A DNA stretch of 33,845 bases from Octopus bimaculoides (lineage: Eukaryota). Shown one piece after another: positions 23,358-33,845 of the stretch. The DNA lies in NCBI RefSeq assembly GCF_001194135.2, contig NC_068984.1, positions 64,555,072 through 64,588,916 of the forward strand, written 5' to 3'. The stretch's first letter is position 1, and every line of letters starts with the position of its first letter. Position numbers and translations under genes: made by a program. Under the pieces are notes generated by a model. It worked only from the letters and a program-made list of their open reading frames with translations. It was not told where the DNA came from and did no database searches.

Positions 23358-24584
23358 GTAAGTCCACAATAATTGTTACTTTCTACACTTGACACTTGAA
23401 CACTTATTTGTTGTCTTCATTATGAAATTTTGGTATTATATATATTTAAGAACATTAGATTAGTAAGCACTGGTTGAGCAAAACCATAACGAAGCACAAC
23501 TTTTTGGCCATTTTTCTATTTTTTTCTCAAACATAGTGTGTTCCAAACTACAATACCCAATGAGTCACTCATTTAGGATGTGCAGGCATGATTTAAGGAA
23601 GGCTTGGCTGCTATTTCTGCATACTGGCACCCTTGTGTGTGTGAGAGAGAATGAGAGAGTGAGACAGAGAGTGAGAGAGAGAGCGGGAAAAGGGTTAGTG
23701 TAAAAAGATATAGATGTTTTCTAAACACTTGCCTCAAAACATCAAAATAGAAGATAAACTGTGAGTTAATGAACACTGTTGCAAAAGTAACTAATTGGCT
23801 TATCCAAGAAATGTAACAGCAACCTGGGAAAGTACATTTTAGTTCAAAAAAATCGTCAACAGTAATCAACAAAAAAAAAACAATGTAGTTCAAAACATTG
23901 TTTCAAATGTGTATCTCCCTATTTTCGGTGTATTTATTTGATAACAATATTATCAAAGATTAATTTCGTTGGAAATTTTGTGAAGTAATCTTTTCTGATA
24001 AATATAGAAAAACCCTCTATGTAAAATAAAATAAGAAACATATCAACTATTTCATTGTTAATTTAATATAAAATAGTTAATTATCAAAGATAATTAGGGA
24101 ATTAAATATCAAATTATAGCAAATCTTATACCTTTTAATTATAGCCAAAGCATGTTGCATGGCTATGTATTTAAACCCTGCATTACACTATTATTGATCA
24201 TGTTTTGCTCACAAATTACATGAATCAGCTTGCATAGATAGCAGAAAACAATGAAGCTTTTAGATATCTAGGCTAGCTTCCTCCTGTTTCTGCAGCACAC
24301 TAGAAATATATATATATACACATGGAAAAGAATGATAAAACAAAATCAACAACAATTGTTTATGAGTTTTTAAATAGTTAACCCAAACCATAATTCTGTT
24401 CAGAAATGAAAGTTAAGGGCTGTCCAATTATGTAACAAAACTGAACCCATGGCATTGGTTATATGGTTGTCGTAATGATAGTGTTAATGATGATGGTTAT
24501 GATTATGATGAAATTATTTGTTTAATTTTCTCATTGTTAAAGTTATATTTCAAATGTGTCTGTGAAAATTTACAATTCATGCAA

Positions 24585-24615
<31 letters not shown>

Positions 24616-25348
24616 TAAAATAAATTTCTAAAAAAAAGTTATAATAATATTTTTTTTTTTTCTCATTTCCTAAACTTGAAACCAGTAAATTGAAATAATA
24701 CTTCTTGTTCAGAGCAAATAATTCTGATGAAATCTGCTTTGGCACAGTGGGAGATGAGACAGAATATATTAAATAGTGCTTTTGTGTGTTAGAAGCTATT
24801 ATTCCCCATAAGATGAACATGAAATTTAACACTGTAAGTTAGTAATTCCTAACAATTTCATTATTTATAATCATTTGTTGGGCCTATCTAAGCAGATAGA
24901 TTGAATCAAGAAGTTTTGAGTGTTTTTCTAAGAACACAATACAATGCTGGTGATGGAATACAAACCATGGATTCTTACTGAGGTGTTATTTGAATAAGCT
25001 ACTCGACCTACCACGAAGCAACTTCAGTTTGACATATTTATATATTATAGAATTTTAGATATTTAAATGAAAGGAAGATATGTATTTGTTAATCTCTATA
25101 CAGTTGTTTTACAAACTGCTCTTTTCTAATTACACCATCATTATCATATCACCATCATCATTTAACATTCATGATGATGATAAAGAAGGTGATAAAATTA
25201 GAAAACTGCAATTTGTAAAATAACTGCTCAGAGAATAATTGGATCATGAGGTGGAACAAATTACCATTTATTAGTGAAACATACTGAAACAAAAAGATAG
25301 ACTCGATGACTAAAACACAATTCAAAGAACTATCATATATATCTACAT

Positions 25349-25432
25349 CTGTGGTTCCCAAACTGGAGTCTATGAACCCCTGGTGGTCTGCAAAGGTAGT
25401 GCTGGGGGTCTGCAAACTAAATTCAAAATTTC

Positions 25433-25465
<33 letters not shown>

Positions 25466-25720
25466 TGTATGTATGTATGTATGCATACTTGCATGTATGC
25501 ATGCATGTATGCAAAGTAAATTCAAAATTTCATATATGTATGTATGTATATATGTATGTATATATGTATGTATATATGTATGTATGTATGCATGCATGTA
25601 TGTACGAATGTAAGAATAAGCATATTAAAAGGTGGGCCATGGGAAACCTCATTTAAATAAAAGGGTTGGGAACCACTGTGAAAAGGTTGGGAACCACTGT
25701 GAAAAGGTTGGGAACCACTG
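25349..25720. mobile_element. hAT (Charlie-like) MITE with 8-bp TSD, internal (TATG)n duplication and triplicated right terminus
   Basis: TSD atctacat at 25341-25348 and 25721-25728; left end ctgtggttcccaaact, right end aggttgggaaccactg. 8-bp TSDs and CAGTGG-type TIRs are hAT hallmarks, and the TSD fits the NTCTAGAN-like preference of Charlie elements. Confidence 0.9.
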
Positions 25721-25959
25721 ATCTACATCTGTGTATTCATCAGCAGCCATTTTGCTATTTTCCAACACTGTGGCATCATTCAGGCCACACTGTACAGGGA
25801 CCTTCAATGTAGATGTACACACTCTTGGAAATAGCTGCAAAATCTTCCTGAAATCATTACACTCTTAGAAAAGTGATAACATTGAATGTGTTCTTGGATT
25901 CCCTTAGCATAAGAGAAAGATAGGATTATCATACATTCATCTTCTATCTTTTTCCCGTG

Positions 25960-26330
25960 TTTGTCATCTAAATGTGGTCATGCTGCAGCACTACCTTGAA
26001 AGGATTTTAGTCAAGCAAATCAATCTCAGTACTTATATTTTAAGTTTGGTATTGAAAATTTACCTACTTTGCCAAACTGCTAAGTTATGGGAATGTAAAC
26101 AAACCAACATTGGTTGCCAAGAGGTGGGGGGATCAACCCTCACTCAAACATACATGCATACGCACACATTGGGCTTCCACACAGTTTCTATCTATTAAAA
26201 AATTTATCTACAAGGCATTGGTTGGCCTGGGGCAATAGTAGAAGATATTTGCCCAAGGTTCTGTGCTGCAGTATTGAACCTATAACCACATGATTACAGA
26301 GCAAGCTTCTTAACCACACAGCCATGCCCA
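25960..26330 (-). mobile_element. SINE-B copy
   Basis: tagtcaagcaaatcaatctcagtacttat...caatagtagaagatatttgcccaagg...cttaaccacacagccatgcc. Confidence 0.85.
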
Positions 26331-26669
26331 GAATGTATTTTCACCAAAGATTTGCTTGATTAGGATTGACCTGGAGCTAAACAACAACAACAACACAACT
26401 CAAATTAAAAAGTAGAATTTAAACATTTGACTAATGAACCATGAATCTAGTTCTTCAAACATTCCAGCAAGTGAATTACTATGTGGTATTAATTACTTCC
26501 AAATGTTCATTAAAATTTTTTTTTTAACTATTTTTAAGAGGAAAGAAACAGAAGAAACAGTATTAAAGCTTTAAAAAGAAAAATTTTGGTAAAAATGGTA
26601 TTACCCATCATTTTATAAAAGGAAATTCTATCGAGAATTAAAAGCTTTGTTGAGTACCTTTTTACACAT

Positions 26670-26820
26670 ATAAGCTGATGATGATACTGATGATGGTGGT
26701 GGTAATGATGATGAAAGTAATAGTGGTGGTAGTGATGTTAGTAGCAATGTTAATGAGGACTGATGATAATTAGGTTGACCTTAATGATGATGAGTACAGT
26801 GAGGATGCTGATAACGATAC
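26670..26820. repeat. Degenerate GAT/GGT/AAT low-complexity tract
   Basis: Visible directly. Confidence 0.75.
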
Positions 26821-27140
26821 CTCTTGATTCAGTGAAATGGTTTAGTCATCCTGAGAATTTTAAGCAATGAAATTGTAGAGACAGTAGAAATGGTAATGAC
26901 TTCACTTTAGATGGAAAGTTAATCTTTCCAGAGAAACATGAGATGTATCTTTGTAAATTAACATCAACTGAAGCAAAGAACTAGTTATGACTGTTTGGTG
27001 TTGAATTAAATTTGCTTTCAATTTTGTAAAATGTCAAATTTGAAAATGATTCCTCTAAATACATTACTAAAGAATAACTTGAACAAAAACAAAATGAAAA
27101 AAACACAAAAAGAAAAAGAACATGGAAAATAAAATCTCAT

Positions 27141-27153
27141 TTAATAATAATAA

Positions 27154-27194
<41 letters not shown>

Positions 27195-27195
27195 T
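27141..27195. repeat. (AAT)n microsatellite
   Basis: Visible directly. Confidence 0.9.
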
Positions 27196-27524
27196 GATAG
27201 TGTTTAAAAGAATAAAAATATTAATCTTACAAATAATTGAAGTTCTTAAATGATTTTTAGTACAAATTGAAAATAGCCAATTTATTATTTAAAACTTCAC
27301 AAAGGAGAATGAATTTTTCTTTTCACTCATTTTACATTTTTTTTTTTTTTTTTNNNNNNNNNNATTTTTTTTTTTTTTTGTTCTTCAGTTTTCGTTTTCA
27401 AGGGATTGAAGGAAATAAATTGTGTGTACTTGTTAACTGAACAATTAAGAATTTAATCAGCACTTAATAATATGTAGAACAATCTCCCAACTGTACATTC
27501 TGCTTGTTTTTGAGTTTTTTATAG

Positions 27525-27559
27525 GAGAGAAGACCAGGGCTTAGTTGCTGCAGTGCCAA
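27525..27559 (+). CDS. Candidate 35-nt exon (REDQGLVAAVP)
   Basis: Acceptor ttgtttttgagttttttatag| and donor CAA|gtaaat; the frame also stays open for about 45 codons in total if this donor is not used. Confidence 0.2.
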
Positions 27560-27979
27560 GTAAATTACTGAGCAAAGAAAAAGTGATATGTTATTTTGCT
27601 AAACTGTTTAAGATACTAGATTCTGATCATGGAATCATGGGTGTCTTTAGGCTATTCAAATAAGTTCATTTTCTTCAGATTACTTGTCCAACCCATGCCA
27701 GCATGGAAGGTGGCTGTTAAATAATGATGGTAACGATACTTGAATTACAACAGGTTTTTCTCTTGGTTATTAGGAAAGATATATATTTGTAAAATATATA
27801 TCTAATATATACAATACATATACAAATATATATAGTTGTAAAAGCAATTTATCCAGTAATAGCTATTTATAATAGCATGAAAAAATAGACATAATATAGC
27901 TAAAAATTTGTTAAAGATAATGACTGATGAAGAGTAAAAGTGGAAAACATCAGCTTCAAAACTGGTGAGGATTAACAAA

Positions 27980-28750
27980 TAGTGAACTGACTAAACATAG
28001 AGTCTTTAACATATAAAGTCTTTGATTAGGAAACTAAGATACCTGGAAAGAATATACTGTCATATAAAGAACCAAGGAATGGTGAATCTTTATAAAAAAT
28101 GGAATATTACTGATAAAGAAAACCATTGGTCTCCTTAAATCTTTTGACAAGTCTAGCTGAGATCATCCCCTAGTCTCTATGAAGCTAAACTAAAATCTTC
28201 CAATATAATTTTATGAAAGAATCTTTTCATGAGTTATCTTAACACCAGCATGATAATGAAACAGTTATTAATAGAAGGCCATTGATAGTGTATTTCATTA
28301 GAAATATAGTCAGGACAGCACAGAGTTCTAGTATGCAACTTGATAAATTCATCACCTTTCACTTAATATGTCTTAATATAAAATCCGAACATCATTATAA
28401 GTATGAAGTCCTATTAGTTATCACTCAAATACAGTATTAATTTATTGTGTATTGGAAATAGTTTTGTGAGTTTTTCAAAGATCTTAATGTACACAGGAAA
28501 ATAACTTCTTCAAAGTGAGGAGCTTAAATTAGACCGTCAGCGCATGTCCTTTTGTTACTGTTCTCACAACCAATTTCTTCAGTTATTGGCTGATTGATAC
28601 TGATCTATTCTATTGATTAGCTCATAAATGTACTCGTATGATCCTCCTGACATGTATCTGGGTGATCTTTCACAGACCATTATCAACAAATTTTATCTTT
28701 CTGATGTCATAATTTCTTGTTGTGTCATAATCTTTGAAGTACTCATTCTA
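27980..28750 (-). mobile_element. Highly decayed CR1/L2-like LINE RT remnant
   Basis: Minus-strand ...aactctgtgctgtcctgactatatttc... aligns loosely to the (Q)GSVLGPLLF-type RT motif, with plausible spacing to later RT motifs. Many stops; weak. Confidence 0.35.
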
Positions 28751-28833
28751 TAAGCTACTATTATTCAATAGATAGTAGATATTATCCTGTATGCTATTTG
28801 AACTTCTCTTATAATACAACAAATAAAATAAGA

Positions 28834-28956
28834 CGGTTCTATATTTAAGAGATGAGGAATTATGTACATTATTTACATTTGATGGATATATCAGATGAAA
28901 CGTTGTGTTGACAACAAACTAGATGAGGACAAATATCCGTCAAATGTAAATAATGT
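28834..28956 (+). mobile_element. Compact Penelope-like element terminus with internal inverted repeat and 13-bp TSD
   Basis: TSD aaataaaataaga at 28821-28833 and 28957-28969; inverted arms 28865-28889 and 28933-28957 (24/25 match); gaaacgttgtgtt resembles the 3' half of a PLE minimal hammerhead core. Family assignment is from recall. Confidence 0.65.
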
Positions 28957-29138
28957 AAATAAAATAAGAACTTCATATAAATTCAAAACCAAATTCAAGA
29001 ACCATTTTCTAAATGCTTATAAGTTTGTATAATATAATTCATTACTTTCAAATTTAAATATAAAGGATTTAGCGGTTAACTACTTGTAAACTGCTAAAAT
29101 GACACCCTCTTCTTTTCTCATGGTTTAGGGCTAGTGAT

Positions 29139-29142
<4 letters not shown>

Positions 29143-29235
<93 letters not shown>
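29143..29235. repeat. Pure (TG)n microsatellite
   Basis: Visible directly, about 46 units. Confidence 0.97.
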
Positions 29236-29237
<2 letters not shown>

Positions 29238-30059
29238 ATAAAAATTTATCTAGGCTGTCCTAGAGGCCTGTTACTTTAAGGTCATAACATGCAGCCACTT
29301 CTTCAGATCAGACAACTTATAAATTAATGTTTAATATTTTAATACAAATACAACATTATAGGCATTAATCTAAGACAAGACTCACACTTTGTATCTATCA
29401 CATTCTGAATGACTGCATTACCCATTTCATGATGAAGCATCTGCCATTATTCTGTCAAATTAAGTGATAAAAATTTCAGCAGGTATAAACATACACTTCT
29501 ACTTCCATAAATATTTCCTGTCTTTGTCAGATAATTTTGAGTTCCCTGGTGGTTTGTCTCACAACAGTTATTAACTCATTCAGTCAAAGACAGTACTGAT
29601 GCTGCTGGATGGTGAACTCTGTCACCCTGGGATAATCAGCCATGCAAATAAAGACATTTGGAGAATTGTACCATGGGCTTAAATAAACACATCAGAGATT
29701 GTATACAAAGCAATGGTTTGTACTTTTATGGCTCATTTAATTGTTTACTAAGCCATTAAATCAGCCATTCATCATTTATTTACACTCATGAACAAATAGA
29801 ATTATTTACCTTCTATAAACTTTAACAAAATTCACATTTTTGGAAACAAACATATGATTTACTTTCTTTGACATATAGCTTAATTGATAAAAGAGACAGC
29901 AATACTAAATCAAATATTTGACATAAACATCAGAGGTATTGTTGCACAAAATGACTAACAAAGATTTGGTAGAAAATTTCTGCTGTGGTAGAGAGAAAAA
30001 AAGAAAGCAATAAAACTGTTTAGGATTTTGTTTATGTTTCATTTATTGCTGTCTGAGAA

Positions 30060-32220
30060 ATGCTGTTATTACAATATGAAAAATGATAGTAGCAAAGTGA
30101 AAACATCTGAGGAGATTACAGAAATATTAGAACAGAGACAAGTAGAAATGTGCTGTATCCAACACTTAAGATGACAGATAGCCTTAGCAAAAACCCTCAC
30201 ATCCAGAAAAAGAGGAACAAATTCTTGTAAGTTATTCACAGCACATGGGTTAGAGGAGTAAGCAAATTTTAGATAGAGAAATGGATCAATCTCAGAGGTA
30301 GTCAGAAAACACGACAGAATAGTTTAACTTAGTCTTAGGTAATTTCACAGCATCAATAATCTCTGCAAATGCACTGATGGACTGTTTCTTACAATCTACA
30401 CAAATGATAGTAACCATGATAACACAGTTAATGAATTTAATGGAGATGTTGGACAAACCCATGATGATTATTCTATTGTACTTTGAGAGTATAGAAGAAG
30501 GAATGAAGGATCAAGGTTATTGTAGTTCTGTGAGGCAAATGATTCAATTAATCTCTATATTAATTTCAGAAAACATGCCTGTCATCTGATCCCTGACCAA
30601 TCAGGTGAACATACAAACCACTAAAACTTTATTCCCACCAGGAACCAGGAGAAATGATTAATTGTGGATACTAATTCTTCTCCAGTGAAGAATGTGCCAC
30701 TCAATATAGACTGTTGATCAGTGACTCAGAATAAGAGCTTGATGAAATCAGAAACATGAGAAAATCTGAAGAATGAAGAGCATGGAAGCTGAAAGATCTC
30801 TTAACCATACATAGGTCCAAAGAATTGTTAGGTGGATGCATAAGGGAAAAGAGGAAAGGTGAGAGACTTATACCAGAGAGAACAGTTACAATTTCTATAA
30901 GACGATCTACTATAAGCCACATACTAAATTCATGGATGCAACAACATGCCAGCTAGAATGTCTTGTGATATTTTGTTATGGCTCAATATGTTTTGAGTTC
31001 AAATCTAACCAAGACCAACTGGAGGTGGAGTGATATAGAAGACAGGACCCTAAAAGAGAGGGTGCAAAGCAAAAGAGAGCAAGACAAATATCAGGTAACT
31101 TGTGAGATGTTAAACTTCAGATGAAAAGACAGAAGCTGGGCTTGCCAATGTTCTATGATATGAGGATCCAAGGTATAATATACTTCATCGTAAATCGATG
31201 TGTCAGTGCAAATTATAACATCGTTTGGGGAAAATATGCAAAGTAAGATAGCAACACACTTGCCTTCCTTGAAGCTGAAAAGAAAATGTATGGAAATGTT
31301 ACTACAAACATTTCACTATAGCTGAAAGAGGAGTATGTGTAGGAGACAAAGAGACTGTCTAAGTAGGTCTAACAGAGATGACAGACACAAAAGTAGCATC
31401 ATTATTAGCTGCAAAAAGGCATCAAACAGGCAGAATTATTAGCATGCTGGGCAAGATGCTTCACAGAATTTCGTCAGTCTTTATGTTCTGAGTTCAAATT
31501 CTGCTGAGGTCAACTTTGCCTTTCATCCTTGAACACTGGGGTCACTGTAATCAACTCATCACCTCCTCTAAAACTGCTGCCCTAATGGAAAAATTTGAAA
31601 CCATTATTAGCTGTTACAATAACAGCTACAGATAAGCTAACAGAGGACTTTGTACCTAGTAGATGCACACGAGTAATTAACAATAATAGTACTCATTACA
31701 TAAATTTCATGAAATATGCAGAATATTCCCTTGAAGTTGCTGATAACTATTACCTAGATGACTTTATCAGGAGAGAAGGTTTTCTGAATGCATAGTAGTT
31801 GGACTAAGAAGAACAAAGGAAAAGTTCAGGGAGCTATTACTTCTACAAACAACTACAGAATCCTTTATCCTTTTTTAAGGCAAATAATATGATGTTTGTA
31901 TATAAAAAGTGACACTGTGTGATAGCAAAGTATTGGCATTAAATGAGGAAAACATGTGAATGTTGGCATGAAATAAGGGAAACGTGCTCCACTGGATGAT
32001 ACAGTACAAATAAACAGTGAGAAAACTGGGTCCAAGAGGAATCAGATATAATGTGCAAGAGAGAAGACAGTGATGGTAGGTGTAGGTTGACAGTTGGGTA
32101 AAATGTCAAGTAAATGGAAGAAACTTGTGAAAGAAGAAGGCTTAAGAAAACTTGTAAAGAAATGTTAGGAAATGATCTTACGAAGCTGAACCTCATAAAG
32201 AAGACACTATGTTAGAGATA
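30060..32220 (+). mobile_element. Old, internally deleted RTE-clade LINE (APE endonuclease, linker, RT remnant, C-terminus), interrupted by a SINE
   Basis: EITEILEQRQVEMCCIQ, IISANA, EFNGDVG, RNEGSRLL*FCEAN, EECATQYRLLISD (APE); GLANVL*YEDPR (linker); a PLKLL remnant at the PWELLYADD position (~31725); RKLGPRGIRYNVQERR and ETCERRRLKKTCKEMLGNDL (C-terminus). Confidence 0.85.
31418..31600 (+). mobile_element. SINE-A copy inserted in the RTE remnant
   Basis: ggcagaattattagcatgctgggc...ctgagttcaaattctgctgaggtcaactttgcctttcatcctt; internal deletion. Confidence 0.85.
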
Positions 32221-32635
32221 TAGTCTTTTAATGATTTCAGTCAGTGACCTATGGATAAAAAGCACATAATGATTTATTCATATTTTCATGTGGTGCTTCT
32301 TTTCATTGCCTTTAACTATTGTTTTAATCTCTATTCCAAATTATATAGCTGGATTTTAAGTATCTTTTTTTCCCTCCAGTATTGTATTTTATATTTAATC
32401 ATGTTCTAAGTTATCAAAAAATAATCTTTTTTTTTTTATAAAAAGTTAAAAATACAATAACATTATAAATCTTAAAACTATCATGGGAGAGAAAAGTGAG
32501 TTTTCATGTCATGTATTGTAACTACTTCATCAATCTTAAAATAGTATCAAATCATACCAAAAGAACAATTCAAACAGCCATCACATGGCTTTTGTTGTTA
32601 GAGTTAAGTGATCTTGGAGTTAATTTACACAAATA

Positions 32636-33000
32636 GGTGCAGACATGGCAGTGTGGTAAGAAGTTTGTTTCCCAACCACATGGTTCCAGGTTCAGTCCCA
32701 CTGTGTGGCACCTTGTGTAAGTGTCTTCTACTATAGGCTCATACTGAAAGAAGTCTGAGGCGTGTGTGTATGTGTGTCCATGTTCATCACCCATCAGTGC
32801 TTGACAAGCAGTGGTGGGTGACAAATATGAATGCAGCGGTGGATGTGTTTACATCCCTGTAACTCAATATTTCAGCAAAAGAGACTGATAGAACAAATAT
32901 CAAGCTTAAGAAAATTAATATAAATACTGGGGTCAATTCATTTGACTAAACTTCTTCATAGCTGCAATACAGCAGCAATCTAAGTACTAAAAGAATAAAA
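32636..33000 (+). mobile_element. SINE-B copy
   Basis: ggtgcagacatggcagtgtggtaagaag...ggttcagtcccactgtgtggcaccttg...ctggggtcaattcatttgactaaa. Confidence 0.88.
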
Positions 33001-33469
33001 GAATAGGAATAACAATGGAGGATCACTTGTGTGCTGCAGTAGCTTGTGGCTATCAGAATATGATATTTCATATGGCACTAATTGTGAAATCTTTCTTTTA
33101 TTTTTAACATCAACCTCAAAAGATATAAAAAAGAAAGGATACCAACACAAACAAAAGGTACTTGTGTGTTTTAATCAATTAATTTAAATTATCTATTTGA
33201 TGAACTATTGAATGGTGATGATTTCCTAGCAAGCTAAGTGTGTACTGCAGGCCCAGTTCCTTGGGGAGCCATTTAATTTCACTTATTCCTCAAATCTACA
33301 ATTCCCTGTTGTCAACAGCTTGCAAAGGAATGTACTTTTCCAAATTAGGTTATTCTTGATATTATTAATGAAGATAAAGATTTTTGGTGCTGACACAAGA
33401 TGTGTTATTCTTCACATGGATACATCTTCAACATATGCATAAAAAAAAGGGGGCCACATTAAGATGAAT

Positions 33470-33645
33470 TACTTTTATTTTTTCTTTTACTTGTTCCAGT
33501 CATTTAACTGTGACCATGCTGGAGCACTGCCTTTTAGTCAAAGAAATCTCTTCTGCTGAACCACTGTTATGGGAATGTAAACACACCAACATCGGTTGTC
33601 AAGTGATGGTGGCAGGGACAAACAGACACAAACACACACACATAA

Positions 33646-33686
<41 letters not shown>
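33470..33686 (-). mobile_element. SINE-B 3' half ending in its internal (CA)/(TA) tract
   Basis: ttttacttgttccagtcattt...ccatgctggagcactgcc...accaacatcggttgtcaag. Confidence 0.85.
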
Positions 33687-33687
<1 letters not shown>

Positions 33688-33688
<1 letters not shown>

Positions 33689-33845
33689 ATAGTCCTCCAG
33701 GTAATCACAGAGGAGTTCAAGACAGGTTGCCCCTGGGAGCTCCTCTATGCTGATGACCTTGCCCTAATTGCGGAGTCACTATCAGAACTAGAGGAGAAGT
33801 TTCAGGTGTGGAAGCAAGGTCTAGAATTGAAGGGCCTTAGAGTCA
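33688..33845 (+). mobile_element. 5'-truncated RTE-clade LINE reverse transcriptase fragment (runs off the window)
   Basis: Uninterrupted frame from 33689: IVLQVITEEFKTGCPWELLYADDLALIAESLSELEEKFQVWKQGLELKGLRV, containing the catalytic YADD motif. Confidence 0.93.

Noticed and set aside
24713-24834. Acceptor-to-gtaagt segment with a CTGATGA motif
   Set aside because: All frames stop before the donor; GAGAC replaces GAAAC and stem II does not form, so neither a coding exon nor a hammerhead is supported.
1-33845. CRISPR arrays, rRNA genes, prokaryotic operons or defence systems
   Set aside because: None seen; the tandem repeats lack unique spacers and the sequence is eukaryotic repeat-rich DNA.

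Overview
AT-rich eukaryotic non-coding DNA (intronic or intergenic) with five N-gaps: 6576-6733, 11635-12281, 20127-20309, 20977-20986 and 27354-27363. The repeat content most resembles an octopus (coleoid cephalopod) short-read assembly; this is my inference from recalled repeat families, not a database match. No complete gene is visible, and nearly all ORFs in the supplied track come from microsatellites, gaps or repeats. The window holds about 20 copies or fragments of two tRNA-headed SINE families (called SINE-A and SINE-B here). It also holds three 5'-truncated R4/Dong-clade LINE fragments embedded in (AAT)n tracts, an old fragmented RTE LINE, a younger RTE reverse-transcriptase fragment at the window end and a weak CR1/L2-like remnant. 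Smaller elements are a hAT-type MITE with an 8-bp TSD and a triplicated right terminus, two TTAA-flanked MITE candidates, a compact Penelope-like insertion with an inverted repeat and half of a hammerhead core, and a 126-bp near-perfect palindrome. Several short plus-strand exon candidates form a phase-compatible chain, but this is speculative and the peptide is not recognised. I did not find a convincing previously undescribed biological system; the best leads are mobile-element structures and the possible micro-exon gene. Repeat boundaries are approximate unless a TSD is given.
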